Positions 7,668-16,800 of a stretch of 36,245 bases of DNA are shown piece after piece. The stretch is from Syntrophobacterales bacterium (lineage in GTDB: Bacteria; Desulfobacterota; Syntrophorhabdia; Syntrophorhabdales; WCHB1-27). How positions within the stretch are numbered: position 1 is the first letter of the stretch; each line of letters starts with the position of its first letter. The notes under the pieces are model-generated. The model ran no database searches. It was given only the letters and a program-made list of their open reading frames with translations, and was not told the origin of the DNA. The position numbers and the translations under genes are program-made. The stretch covers positions 1 through 36,245 of the forward strand of contig JADGQN010000002.1 in the NCBI GenBank assembly GCA_017881765.1, in the 5' to 3' direction.

Positions 7668-8555
7668 TTACTCTCTCTTAAGCAGGCCGAATTCCCGCAG
7701 TGTGGTCTTCAGGTATTCCCTGTTCTTGTCAGCCAGAGGAACGAGCGGAAGCCTTAACTCTTTTTCGACGAGGCCCATGTAATAGAGGCTCTCCTTGACC
7801 GGCACGGGGTTGACCTCTACGAACATGGCCTGGAACAGCGGCATCAGCTCCATATGGAGCGTCCGGGCCTTTTCAATATCCTTCTCATCAAGAAAGGCTT
7901 TTGACAGCATCTTCAGTTTTTGGGGCAGGATGTTGGAAAGTACCGATATCACACCTCGCGCGCCCAATGCCATCATGGGCAGGAAGATATTGTCATCGCC
8001 CGACAGGATGGTGAATCGGCCTTTCGTGAGCCTGTAAATGTCCGCTACCTGTTGCAAAGAGCCTGATGCCTCTTTGATTGCCACGATGTTAGGGATTTCC
8101 GCCAATCTCGCAACAAGCTCCGGCAACATGTTCACGCCAGTTCTCGTGGGTATGTTATAGAGCACGATCGGTATATCAACGTTTTCCGCAACCTTCTTGA
8201 AATGGCCGTACAGACCTTCTTGTGTGGGGCGGTTATAGTAGGGCGCTACGAGAAGAACCATGTCGGTGCCCAGTTTCTTAGCTTTTGCGGTCAATTCGAC
8301 TGTTTCAAGGGTGCTGTTCGAGCCGGTTCCCGCGATGACGGGTATCTTGCCGTTTACGAACTTCACGGTAAGCTCAATCACCCGCTCATGTTCTTCATAA
8401 GAAAGGGTGGAGGCTTCCCCCGTGGTGCCGCACGGCACGATCCCGTCCACGCCTCCTTGCAACTGAAACTCGATTAGTCTGCCCAACCCTTCTTCATCGA
8501 TCGTACCATTCTTGAATGGAGTGATAAGGGCCGTGTATACGCCTTTAAGGTCCAT
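7668..8555 (-). CDS. dapA: 4-hydroxy-tetrahydrodipicolinate synthase
   Basis: 295 aa. Motifs are GVYTALITPF, GIVPCGTTGE and AIKEASG (active-site Lys region). Confidence 0.92.
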   Translation of the reverse strand: MDLKGVYTALITPFKNGTIDEEGLGRLIEFQLQGGVDGIVPCGTTGEASTLSYEEHERVIELTVKFVNGKIPVIAGTGSNSTLETVELTAKAKKLGTDMVLLVAPYYNRPTQEGLYGHFKKVAENVDIPIVLYNIPTRTGVNMLPELVARLAEIPNIVAIKEASGSLQQVADIYRLTKGRFTILSGDDNIFLPMMALGARGVISVLSNILPQKLKMLSKAFLDEKDIEKARTLHMELMPLFQAMFVEVNPVPVKESLYYMGLVEKELRLPLVPLADKNREYLKTTLREFGLLKRE

Positions 8556-8567
8556 GGTTTCTCCTTC

Positions 8568-9395
8568 CTATTGGATCGCCTCTTGCATAAGCTTTCCTAT
8601 GTAAATTATCCTTGCATCTCCTTCGAGATAGACTTCATCACCGACGGTGACGCGGAGCACTTCTCCTCCTCGCGTCAGGAGATTGATCCTTTCCCCCGTC
8701 AGCCCTTTGTGCTTGAGTACCACGGAAGCAGCAACAGCTCCGGTCCCGCAGGCCAGGGTCTCGCCCTCGACTCCCCTTTCGTATGTCCTCAGCTTGACGT
8801 TCTTCTTATCGATCACCGTGACGAAGTCCACGTTGGTACCGTGAGGAGAGAACTCCTTGTGGTATCGGAGGACCCTGCCCAGTTCCTCTACGGGTGCATG
8901 ATCGACATTGTCGGTCAGAATGATCACGTGAGGAACGCCCGTATTGACGCTGCTCACAAATAGTTCCCTGTGCTCGAGCGCGACAGGGTAGTCGAGTTTC
9001 AGGTCGGTGGGTGTGGTGAGCTGGAGCTTGACCTGCGCGCCGAGTATCTCGGCCTTCATGACCCCGGCCAACGTTTCAAAAGCCATGCGCTTCCCTGCTA
9101 TCCCATTTACAAAAGCGAAGCGGGCCGCGCAACGGCCACCGTTGCCGCACATATCGGCTTCCGAGCCGTCAGCGTTGAAGAAGCGCCAGGAGAAATCGAC
9201 CGTTGGAGATCTCTCTATCAATATGAGACCGTCCGCGCCAACCGAGAGGCGCCGCCGGCAGACCTTCACAACGAACTCCCGCACATCGGGGAAGAGCTGA
9301 TCGACGACCTTATCCCTGTTGTCGATCATGATAAAATCGTTGCCGCTGGCACTCATCTTGTAAAATTGAAACAATTCGCGGTCCATACGGTCCAT
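8568..9395 (-). CDS. dapF: diaminopimelate epimerase
   Basis: 275 aa. Motifs are KMSASGNDFIMID and the two catalytic Cys motifs, MCGNGGRC and ACGTGAVA. Confidence 0.92.
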   Translation of the reverse strand: MDRMDRELFQFYKMSASGNDFIMIDNRDKVVDQLFPDVREFVVKVCRRRLSVGADGLILIERSPTVDFSWRFFNADGSEADMCGNGGRCAARFAFVNGIAGKRMAFETLAGVMKAEILGAQVKLQLTTPTDLKLDYPVALEHRELFVSSVNTGVPHVIILTDNVDHAPVEELGRVLRYHKEFSPHGTNVDFVTVIDKKNVKLRTYERGVEGETLACGTGAVAASVVLKHKGLTGERINLLTRGGEVLRVTVGDEVYLEGDARIIYIGKLMQEAIQ

Positions 9396-9402
9396 AATTA
9401 GC

Positions 9403-10662
9403 CTACCTCTTCAAAAATTCCGGGATAGCCTCTCCCCGCACGAGGTCTGTCAGGCGCTCCCTCCTGCGGACGATGAAGTATTCTTTGCCCCGGACGAGCA
9501 CTTCAGGCACCCTTCTTCTGGAGTTATAATTGGATGACATTGAAAAGCCATAGGCGCCTGCCCCGAGCACTGCCAGCACCGCCCCCGGCTCGAGCACGGG
9601 CATCTTTCGATCTCTGGCGAGGAAGTCACCTGATTCGCAGATGGGACCGACGACATCCACCTTTTCTTTCTTTCCGCGAGCCTGCTCAAGGGGCATGATC
9701 TCGTGATAGGCATCATACAATGCGGGTCTCACCAGGTCGTTCATGGCGCCATCCACTATGTAGAAGCGCTTTTCCGGCGTCTCCTTGACGTAAAGGAGCC
9801 TGGTCACGAAGATGCCGCTATTCCCCACTATGACGCGTCCCGGCTCCAGCACGATGGTCAGTCCGCTGCCGCGGAGCTCCCTTTCGATGGCAGGGCCATA
9901 CTCGTCGGGATGGGGAGGAAGTTCTCCTCTGTATGGAATACCGAGTCCCCCGCCGATATCGATGTACTTCAGCGTTATGCCCGCTCTCTTGAGTTCGGTG
10001 ACCATTCCCTTCAACGACTGAACAGCCTCGATGAATGGGCCCATCTGGGTGATCTGTGACCCTATGTGCGATGAAATGCCGACGGGCGCGAGAAAGGGTT
10101 CATCTGCTATCTCCCGATACAGGCGGCGGGCCTCTTCCCACAGAATGCCGAATTTGTTCTTCTTGAGGCCGGTCGTTATATACGGGTGCGTCTTCGGGTC
10201 GATCTCGGGATTCACGCGGATCGAGACAGCCACTTTTGTTCGCATTCTCCTGGCGATTCTCGCAACGGTCCGGACCTCGTCTTCCGATTCCATGTTGATC
10301 ATGAGAATACGCGATTGGACAGCATGCTTGATCTCTGCTTCGGTCTTGCCGACGCCCGAGAAAACGATCTTATTCGCGGGTATGGAGACGCGCAATGCCC
10401 GAAAGAGTTCGCCACTCGAGACCACATCGGCCCCGCCGCCCATCTTTGCTACCATCCTCAGAAGCGCGCCGTTTGAGTTGGCTTTGCAGGAGTAGCACGT
10501 AATGTGCGGAATCGACTTGAAAGCGCCGTCGAAGACCTTGAAATGGCGCTGAAAGGTCTTGTAGCTGTAAACGTACACGGGAGTGCCGACCGTTTTGACG
10601 ATCTGCCGCAAAGGGACATCTTCCGCGTAGAGCCGGCCATCTTTATATTCAAAGAAGTTCAT
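9403..10662 (-). CDS. lysA: diaminopimelate decarboxylase
   Basis: 419 aa fold-type III PLP decarboxylase. Motifs are YSCKANSN (PLP Lys), IDIGGGLGI and CESGD. Confidence 0.92.
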   Translation of the reverse strand: MNFFEYKDGRLYAEDVPLRQIVKTVGTPVYVYSYKTFQRHFKVFDGAFKSIPHITCYSCKANSNGALLRMVAKMGGGADVVSSGELFRALRVSIPANKIVFSGVGKTEAEIKHAVQSRILMINMESEDEVRTVARIARRMRTKVAVSIRVNPEIDPKTHPYITTGLKKNKFGILWEEARRLYREIADEPFLAPVGISSHIGSQITQMGPFIEAVQSLKGMVTELKRAGITLKYIDIGGGLGIPYRGELPPHPDEYGPAIERELRGSGLTIVLEPGRVIVGNSGIFVTRLLYVKETPEKRFYIVDGAMNDLVRPALYDAYHEIMPLEQARGKKEKVDVVGPICESGDFLARDRKMPVLEPGAVLAVLGAGAYGFSMSSNYNSRRRVPEVLVRGKEYFIVRRRERLTDLVRGEAIPEFLKR

Positions 10663-10672
10663 AGGTGGAAAT

Positions 10673-11680
10673 CTACTCCTTCAGGATGACAATAATCTCA
10701 CGGGAGGAGCCGCTTTCGTTTCCCGAACGATCGACTGCCGTCACGTAGTATGAAATATAACGCAGCGTGCCCGGCGTCACATCAAAAAAATGTGGCTCCG
10801 TCAGCAAATCTTTGTTAAGCTTTTCCGGTTTACCCCGACCGATGCGATAGATATTATACCCGAGAAGATCCGGCTCTGCATTCTTTTCCCAGTTTATCAT
10901 CACCCCGCCGTCTTTCTTTTCTGACACAAGGTTTCGGGGAGGATCCGGAGGCGTCCTGTCCTCGGGGACCGCCTCAACGGCTGCGCCCTCACCTTCCCAT
11001 CGCATGGTGCCGTCAAGTCTGACACTTCTTACCTCGTATTTGTACCGCTTGCCGTTTTGCGCGGTGCGGTCGGTGAAGGCGGCTGTCGTGAGCAGAGCTT
11101 GGTTGACAGGCTCGAGAGGGTAGGTATCGTCATCAAAGCGGTAGATGTTGTAAGAAACTCCTTCCTCCCTGGTCCACGAGAGATCAACGCTACTGTCGCC
11201 TCCCTTCGCAACAATATCTCTCGGCGGTTTGGGCGTACGCTGCCATTTGATCGAGTACATATTCGAGGCAGCTCCCTGGATTGCAGTCTCAGCGAACGGT
11301 ACTACCCGGTAGGTGTAGTCGAGCCCGGGCATTAAGTCATCGTCGTAAAAGTAGAGCCTTCCCTTGTACATGGTATAGCCGGTCTTGTCGGTCAAGCGGA
11401 TCTCTCTCCACGGCTCCAGGCTCCCTCCGCAACCGGTACAGCTCTTCAGGATCTTGAATCCGGCCCACGTCTGCGGTCCGGCGCCACTGGCGTCACCTAT
11501 GCTCCTGGCCGGCGCGATGAAGGAAAGAAAGAGAACGCCATCCCTTACCTCTCCCTTGAAATCACCGACTGTCTCCGGCATGGGAGCGCTTTTCGGAATC
11601 GGAGGCGCTTTCTTACCGCAGGAGACGAGGGCCAGAAACATAAACATGCTAATGACGAAGATACTTCTGTTCACGAGCAA
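10673..11680 (-). CDS. lipoprotein with LptM/LppL-like mature N-terminus followed by fibronectin type III-like repeats
   Basis: 335 aa. The signal peptide and lipobox are FLALVSC, followed by GKKAPPIPKSAP. There are repeated Fn3-like beta signatures (VDLSWT..YNIYRF; VMINWE..GYNIYRI). The first 32 nt overlap the argH 3' end; alternative starts (ATG codons at 11647-11645 and 11641-11639) would remove the overlap. Confidence 0.7.
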   Translation of the reverse strand: MLVNRSIFVISMFMFLALVSCGKKAPPIPKSAPMPETVGDFKGEVRDGVLFLSFIAPARSIGDASGAGPQTWAGFKILKSCTGCGGSLEPWREIRLTDKTGYTMYKGRLYFYDDDLMPGLDYTYRVVPFAETAIQGAASNMYSIKWQRTPKPPRDIVAKGGDSSVDLSWTREEGVSYNIYRFDDDTYPLEPVNQALLTTAAFTDRTAQNGKRYKYEVRSVRLDGTMRWEGEGAAVEAVPEDRTPPDPPRNLVSEKKDGGVMINWEKNAEPDLLGYNIYRIGRGKPEKLNKDLLTEPHFFDVTPGTLRYISYYVTAVDRSGNESGSSREIIVILKE

Positions 11681-13022
11681 TTTCCCGTGCTACCTCCTTA
11701 TAAGAAGCGCCACCGATGGTCTTCCTGCTCTTCAGGATATGGCCGGGGTCGATGTACGAACGCACGTCATCATCAAAGACCGCACAGAAGCGGCGCATCT
11801 CTTCAAGCGTGAGCTCCACCAGCCGCTTCTTCTGCTCTTCGCAATACTTTACCATCTTTCCCACGATCTGATGCGCCTCCCTGAAGGGAACATCTTTGAG
11901 CACCAGATACTCTGCCATCTCAACGGCAGGCATAAAACTGGCAACCACCGCCTCCTTCATCCTCTCCCGGCGGACGGCAAGCCCTTCTATGACCAGGGTC
12001 ATGATTGCGAGGCAGGAATGCGTAGTCGTCACGGCGTGAAAGACGGGTTCTTTGTCCTCCTGCAAGTCCCTGTTGTACGTCAGGGGAAGCCCCTTGAGCA
12101 GAGCGAATAGACTCGTCAGGTCCCCAAGGGTGCGTGCGGCCTTGCCTCTGATCAGTTCCACGGCATCAGGATTTTTCTTGTGGGGCATGAGGCTGGAGCC
12201 GGTGCAGAGACCGTCCGGCAGCGAGACGAAGCCGAATTCCTCGGTGGAAAAAAGGATGAGGTCCTCCGAAAGCCTGCTGAGGTGCATCATGATCATGGAA
12301 AGAGAAAACAGGGCATCGAGCAGGAAATCGCGGTCGGACACGGCGTCCATGCTGTTTTCCGTGATTTTTGAAAAGCCCAGCCGCTCTTTCAGAAACTCCC
12401 TGTCTATGGGTATGGTGGAGCCGGCAAGGGCCCCGCTTCCCAGAGGAAGCGCGTCGATCCTCGTGAATGCTTCCTTTACCCTCTGCCTGTCACGCTTAAA
12501 CATGTAAAAATAGGCGAGCAGGTAGTGAGAGAAGGTGACTACTTGGGCGCGCTGGGTATGTGTATAGCCCGGCATCATGGTTCTCTGCTCCGTGCCTGCC
12601 TTTCCGAGAAGCGCCGCAAGGAGCTGCTTGAGGCCTCCGTCGATCTGTTCTAGTGCTTCCTTGAGGAACATACGCATGTCCACCGCTACCTGATCATTAC
12701 GGCTCCGGCCCGTGTGGAGCTTTTTTCCGAGCTCGCCCACTTTTTCAATCAGCCGGGCCTCTATATGCATGTGGATGTCTTCCAGCGCGTCGCTGAATGG
12801 AAGCCTTCCCATCTCAAGCTCATTTCTTATTTCCTTGAGTGCGGTGATCAGGAGGTTCTTTTCTCTCTGGTTGACGATGCCGATTTTGAAGAGCATCTCT
12901 GCGTAGGCAATGCTCCCCTTTATGTCGTACGGGAAAAGTACCCAGTCGACACCGATCGAAGCGCTGAACCGCTCCATCAGCGGCTCTGTCCCCTTTTCGA
13001 ACCTACCATCCCACGCTTTCAT
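11649..13022 (-). CDS. argH: argininosuccinate lyase
   Basis: 457 aa. It has the fumarate-lyase signature GSSLMPHKKNPD and an ArgH-type N-terminus (WDGRF). Confidence 0.92.
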   Translation of the reverse strand: MKAWDGRFEKGTEPLMERFSASIGVDWVLFPYDIKGSIAYAEMLFKIGIVNQREKNLLITALKEIRNELEMGRLPFSDALEDIHMHIEARLIEKVGELGKKLHTGRSRNDQVAVDMRMFLKEALEQIDGGLKQLLAALLGKAGTEQRTMMPGYTHTQRAQVVTFSHYLLAYFYMFKRDRQRVKEAFTRIDALPLGSGALAGSTIPIDREFLKERLGFSKITENSMDAVSDRDFLLDALFSLSMIMMHLSRLSEDLILFSTEEFGFVSLPDGLCTGSSLMPHKKNPDAVELIRGKAARTLGDLTSLFALLKGLPLTYNRDLQEDKEPVFHAVTTTHSCLAIMTLVIEGLAVRRERMKEAVVASFMPAVEMAEYLVLKDVPFREAHQIVGKMVKYCEEQKKRLVELTLEEMRRFCAVFDDDVRSYIDPGHILKSRKTIGGASYKEVAREIAREQKYLRH

Positions 13023-13690
13023 GATCGTTCACCGAATAAGGCTGTCCCGATGCGCACCATGGTGGCCCCCTCCTCAATGGCTACTTCGAAGTCTGAAGAC
13101 ATCCCCATCGACAGCTCTGTCATCTCGAGCGAAAATTGCCGATTCACCTGCCCGAGAAGCTTCCTCAAATCAGCAAATACGGAGCGAACATCCTCCGGCT
13201 TATCCGTGTAAGGGGCCATGGTCATGAGGCCCACCGGTTTCACGCTCGTTAAGGAGCCCACGTTCTCGAGCATACGCTTCAGTCCGTCAACCGTGGTCCC
13301 GTGCTTCTGGGGTTCGCCTGAGAGATTCACCTCGAAAAGGAGCCTCAGGGGTTTCCCCAGTTTTTCGAGGCCGTCGACTAGCTCCTGTCGGTCGACCGAA
13401 TGCACATAGTGAAAAAGCCTCGGGACATACTTGATCTTGTTCATCTGCAAATGGCCGATCATGTGCCAGCAGAGCGTGTCGGGAAGCATCTCGATCTTTG
13501 CCCGGGCTTCCTGAATGTAGTTCTCTCCAAAATTCCTGACTCCCGCGGCGGCCGCGCTACGTACGCTATCGGCATCCACCTTCTTTGAGACTGCGACCAG
13601 CTTCACCTCATCTGCCCGCCGGCCCGCTTTAAGGGACGCCCGGGAAATCCTGTCGCGTACGGACTCCAGATTGTCGGAGATCATGGTCAC
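13019..13690 (-). CDS. yggS: YggS-family pyridoxal-phosphate homeostasis protein
   Basis: 223 aa. Motifs are VKLVAVSKK (PLP Lys), NFGENYIQE and WHMIGHLQ.NK. It overlaps argH by 4 nt. Confidence 0.88.
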   Translation of the reverse strand: MTMISDNLESVRDRISRASLKAGRRADEVKLVAVSKKVDADSVRSAAAAGVRNFGENYIQEARAKIEMLPDTLCWHMIGHLQMNKIKYVPRLFHYVHSVDRQELVDGLEKLGKPLRLLFEVNLSGEPQKHGTTVDGLKRMLENVGSLTSVKPVGLMTMAPYTDKPEDVRSVFADLRKLLGQVNRQFSLEMTELSMGMSSDFEVAIEEGATMVRIGTALFGERS

Positions 13691-14277
13691 GAAAGGATGC
13701 CCAGAGAGAGAAGGATGTCCGTAATTTCACAGATAGGAAGTCCGACAACATTGGAGTACGAGCCCTTGATCTCTTTGACCATGAACCCGCCCTTGCCTTG
13801 AACCGCGTAAGAGCCTGCCTTGTCAAAGGGCTCCGACGTCTTGATGTATCGCCTGATCTCCTCGTCCGTCAGATCCTTGATGAAGACCTTTGTTTCCACG
13901 ACGTCCTGGTAGGAGGCTTGTTTTGATATATTGAGAATACAGTAACCGGTGAGGACTTTGTGCCATTTGCCTCGGAGCGCTGTCAGCATTTCCGTGGCTT
14001 CGTCTTCGCTCTTTGGCTTTCCCAGCACCTTACCCTTGTGAACCACGATGGTGTCTGCTCCGATGACCCACTTATCCGGGAAATGGGTCCCCACCTTTTT
14101 CGCCTTCTCAGTCGCTATCCTGAGCACATAGTCCCGGATGGTCTCATCCTTTTTCCTCCGTTCGTCGATATCGGGAGGGATGATGGAGAAAGAGATGCCG
14201 AGGGTCCTGAGGATATCCACCCTTCTGGTCGATTCGCTTGCCAGGACTATAGCGTTTTCGTCTTTGACCTGGAACAT
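13687..14277 (-). CDS. maf: Maf-like nucleoside triphosphate pyrophosphatase
   Basis: 196 aa. Motifs are IVLASESTRR..IL, GADTIV and KAGSYAVQG. It overlaps yggS by 4 nt. Confidence 0.88.
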   Translation of the reverse strand: MFQVKDENAIVLASESTRRVDILRTLGISFSIIPPDIDERRKKDETIRDYVLRIATEKAKKVGTHFPDKWVIGADTIVVHKGKVLGKPKSEDEATEMLTALRGKWHKVLTGYCILNISKQASYQDVVETKVFIKDLTDEEIRRYIKTSEPFDKAGSYAVQGKGGFMVKEIKGSYSNVVGLPICEITDILLSLGILS

Positions 14278-14330
14278 GCTAAAAAAGTAATATGAAACCG
14301 GTACTAATTCAAGTTAAATAAAGGAAGAGC

Positions 14331-14468
14331 AGGGGCCAAGGGTTCAAGGGGCCAAGGGTTCAAGGGTCCAGAGGCGAAGGCCATGGCCTGTAGCTGCAAC
14401 ATACCTGCGGTGATTTTGGGGTTCAGTTTTTCAGTTTGTACCCTCGAACCCCTGAACCCTTGGCCCCT
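14331..14468. repeat. inverted-repeat element A with 8-nt-periodic G-run arm and C-run arm
   Basis: The left arm is GGGGCCAAGGGTTCAA in two perfect tandem copies (14332-14347, 14348-14363), then GGGTCCAG. The right arm is ACCCTCGAACCCCTGAACCCTTGGCCCCT (14440-14468). Positions 14331-14346 and 14453-14468 are perfectly complementary over 16 nt. The interior also holds TTCAGTTT in two tandem copies (14422-14437). Confidence 0.9.
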
Positions 14469-14487
14469 ATTCTACTGGAGGTAAACC

Positions 14488-14844
14488 ATGGAACCGATCA
14501 TCACCATTACGACCACGACTGACAAAAAAGAGGCGCTGGAAGAGATGGGGCGCAGTCTGCTCAAGCAGCGCCTCATTGCCTGTATCCAGGTTGTCGGTCC
14601 CATCAAGAGCCTTTATTGGTGGAAGGGCAATGTAGAGGAAGCTAGCGAGTGGCTCGGTATCATGAAGAGCAGGAAATCGCTTTATCCCCGGGTGGAGGCC
14701 GAGATTCGCAGCCTCCATTCCTACGAGGTGCCGGAGATCGTCGCCACAGAGGCGAGCGACGTGCTTTCGGCCTACGGCGACTGGGTTCGGACGGAAACCG
14801 AAGCGGGCCGGGAAACAGGCCAAAAGACGGGCCAAGAGACTTGA
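14488..14844 (+). CDS. cutA: divalent-cation tolerance protein CutA
   Basis: 118 aa. The CutA1 core is LIACIQVVGPIKSLYWWKGNVEE...HSYEVPEIVA. A low-complexity C-terminal tail follows. SD GGAGGT is upstream. Confidence 0.85.
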   Translation: MEPIITITTTTDKKEALEEMGRSLLKQRLIACIQVVGPIKSLYWWKGNVEEASEWLGIMKSRKSLYPRVEAEIRSLHSYEVPEIVATEASDVLSAYGDWVRTETEAGRETGQKTGQET

Positions 14845-14872
14845 CAATCTGCCCAGCAATCATTAACGTTAA
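14841..14872 (+). promoter_or_regulatory. candidate promoter and operator for fprA-rub-rbr
   Basis: A perfect TTGACA (14841-14846) is followed by a 17 nt spacer and TAACGT (14864-14869). The perfect 10 bp palindrome TTAACGTTAA (14863-14872) covers the -10, 37 nt upstream of the fprA ATG. Confidence 0.35.
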
Positions 14873-14908
14873 GAACGCCCATAGAGGGAAGAAGGCCGGG
14901 AGGGGGTC

Positions 14909-16123
14909 ATGAAGCCAACGGAGCTAAAAAACGATATTTACTGGGTTGGAGCCGTAGACTGGGCCGTCAGGGATTTTCACGGCTACGAAACGCCACGGGG
15001 CACCAGTTACAATAACTACCTCATCCTCGATAACGACCCGACCCTCATCGATACCGTGAAACACGACTTTGCTGACACAACGATCAAAAATATAAAGACC
15101 CTTATCGAGCCCTCCAAGATTAAGCACGTGGTCATCAACCATATCGAGAACGATCACGCCACAAGTATAGACAGGATAATGGCCCTGGCGCCGAAGGCGA
15201 CGGTCTACATGACGGAGAGAGCACGCAAGGCGCTTGACCGGTTTTTTGATATGTCCGGGTGGAAGGTCAAGATCGTAAAAAACGGGGAAAGCCTCAACAT
15301 CGGGAAGCGGACCCTCCTCTTCCTTGAAACCCCGATGCTCCACTGGCCCGATTCCATGGTCACGTACGTGAAAGAAGATAAAGTCCTGTTCAGCCAGGAT
15401 GCCTTCGGACAGCATATAGCCTCTTCGGCCCGTTTTGACGATGAGTTTGTCACCTGTGCGTCGATGTGGGAACTGGAAGACGCGGTCTGGGACTATTATG
15501 CAAATATTCTGATGCCTTTCGGCCAGCTCATCAAGGCTAAAATCGGGGAGATAGTGAAGGCAGGCCTCGAGATAGAGATGATAGCCCCTGACCACGGTAT
15601 TATCTGGCGAAAGGACCCGGGGAAGATCATCCAGATGTACCTGGACATGGCGGCAGGCAAGGCAACGCAAAGCGTCACCATCATTTACGATACCATGTGG
15701 CAGAGCACTGAGGCCATGACCCAGCCGCTCGCCAGGGGGGTCAACGACGAAGGGCTTGACTGCAAGGTAATTAAACTGAGGGCAACGCCGCAGAGTGTTG
15801 CCGCCAAGGAATTCTGGAAGTCACGGGGCACGCTCATCGGCTCGCCCACGCTCAATAACCTTACTTTCCCTACCATCGCTCAGTTTCTCGCCAATCTGAG
15901 GGGTTTGAGGCCCAAGAACCGGCTTGTGGGGGCCTTCGGAAGCTTCGGGTGGGGCGGCGGAGCCGTCAAGGAGATCTATGACGAGGCGAAGAAACTGGGT
16001 CTCGCGGTCTTTGAGCCGGGGCTGCAGGTGCTTTACAGGCCATCGCTTGAGGATGAGGCCAGGTGCTACGAATTCGGCCGGGCCTTTGCGACAAAGGTCA
16101 AGGAGTATCACGCCACATTCTAA
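14909..16123 (+). CDS. fprA: flavodiiron protein (rubredoxin:oxygen oxidoreductase / FprA class A)
   Basis: 404 aa. The metallo-beta-lactamase-like diiron motif is HIENDH, and there is a C-terminal flavodoxin domain ([12 protein letters not shown]...GSPT.NN). Confidence 0.9.
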   Translation: MKPTELKNDIYWVGAVDWAVRDFHGYETPRGTSYNNYLILDNDPTLIDTVKHDFADTTIKNIKTLIEPSKIKHVVINHIENDHATSIDRIMALAPKATVYMTERARKALDRFFDMSGWKVKIVKNGESLNIGKRTLLFLETPMLHWPDSMVTYVKEDKVLFSQDAFGQHIASSARFDDEFVTCASMWELEDAVWDYYANILMPFGQLIKAKIGEIVKAGLEIEMIAPDHGIIWRKDPGKIIQMYLDMAAGKATQSVTIIYDTMWQSTEAMTQPLARGVNDEGLDCKVIKLRATPQSVAAKEFWKSRGTLIGSPTLNNLTFPTIAQFLANLRGLRPKNRLVGAFGSFGWGGGAVKEIYDEAKKLGLAVFEPGLQVLYRPSLEDEARCYEFGRAFATKVKEYHATF

Positions 16124-16140
16124 CGTTTACGGAGGTGGAC

Positions 16141-16275
16141 ATGGTCTGGACGTGTTCGGTATGCGGTTATGAGTATGATGAGAAGTTTGAGAAAACGCCC
16201 TTTGAAAAGCTGCCCGAGGATTATCACTGTCCCATCTGTAATGCACCGAAGAGCGCGTTCGTGAAGTCAGAGTAA
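16141..16275 (+). CDS. rub: rubredoxin (short 44 aa form)
   Basis: The protein is [14 protein letters not shown]...[10 protein letters not shown], with two CxxC pairs. I place the start at the ATG at 16141, which has SD GGAGGTG upstream. The track ORF beginning at 16063 is an upstream read-through that overlaps fprA. Confidence 0.85.
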   Translation: MVWTCSVCGYEYDEKFEKTPFEKLPEDYHCPICNAPKSAFVKSE

Positions 16276-16303
16276 AAATCTATGGTTAAAGGAGGTAATT
16301 GTC

Positions 16304-16798
16304 ATGTCCAAGACTGAGAAGAATCTCCGGGATGCCTTCGCCGGAGAGTCACAGGCAAACAGGACCTATCTTGCGTTTGCGAAAAAGGCTGAGCAGGAAG
16401 GGTTTAAACAGGCAGCAAAGCTTTTCAGGGCTGCCGCTGAGGCGGAAACCGTGCACGCGCACAATCATCTTCGCGAGATCGGCACAATCAAAAGCACCAA
16501 AGAGAATATCGAATACGCGATGGCGGGCGAAATACACGAGTTCAAGAGCATGTATCCGGCGATGATCGAAGATGCCAAAACGGAAGGCGTTCAGGGAGCG
16601 CTCAAGAGCTTCACCTATGCCAATGACGTGGAAAAAATCCATGCAGACCTTTACAAGAAGGCCCTTGACACGCTCGGAAAGGAGAAGCCCGCGGAATACT
16701 ATGTCTGCCAGGTCTGCGGCATGACGGTTGAGAATGAACCGCCGGATGAGTGCCCCGTCTGCAAGTCAAAAAAACAGGCGTTCAAGAAGGTAGAGTAG
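16304..16798 (+). CDS. rbr: rubrerythrin
   Basis: 164 aa. The ferritin-like diiron domain is NLRDAFAGESQANRTY...ExxH, and the C-terminal rubredoxin-like region is CQVCG...CPVCKS. SD AGGAGG is upstream. Confidence 0.9.
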   Translation: MSKTEKNLRDAFAGESQANRTYLAFAKKAEQEGFKQAAKLFRAAAEAETVHAHNHLREIGTIKSTKENIEYAMAGEIHEFKSMYPAMIEDAKTEGVQGALKSFTYANDVEKIHADLYKKALDTLGKEKPAEYYVCQVCGMTVENEPPDECPVCKSKKQAFKKVE

Positions 16799-16800
16799 GA

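Noticed and set aside
14278-14330. A promoter call for the maf operon (TTGAAT ... TATTAC on the minus strand).
   Set aside because: The spacing is 14-15 nt, and the putative -10 lies only about 9 nt from the ATG, with no SD. This is too ambiguous to report as a feature.
14332-14363. A CRISPR-like array, suggested by the tandem 16-mers and 8-mers in elements A and B.
   Set aside because: There are only two contiguous copies with no spacers. The repeat length is far below CRISPR size, and there are no cas genes. These are the arms of an inverted repeat.
16063-16140. The upstream extension of the rubredoxin ORF (start at 16063), and the upstream extension of the hemerythrin ORF (30089-30121).
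   Set aside because: The rubredoxin extension overlaps the fprA 3' end and adds non-homologous residues, and strong SD sequences sit in front of the internal ATGs at 16141 and 30088. The shorter forms match the family N-termini.
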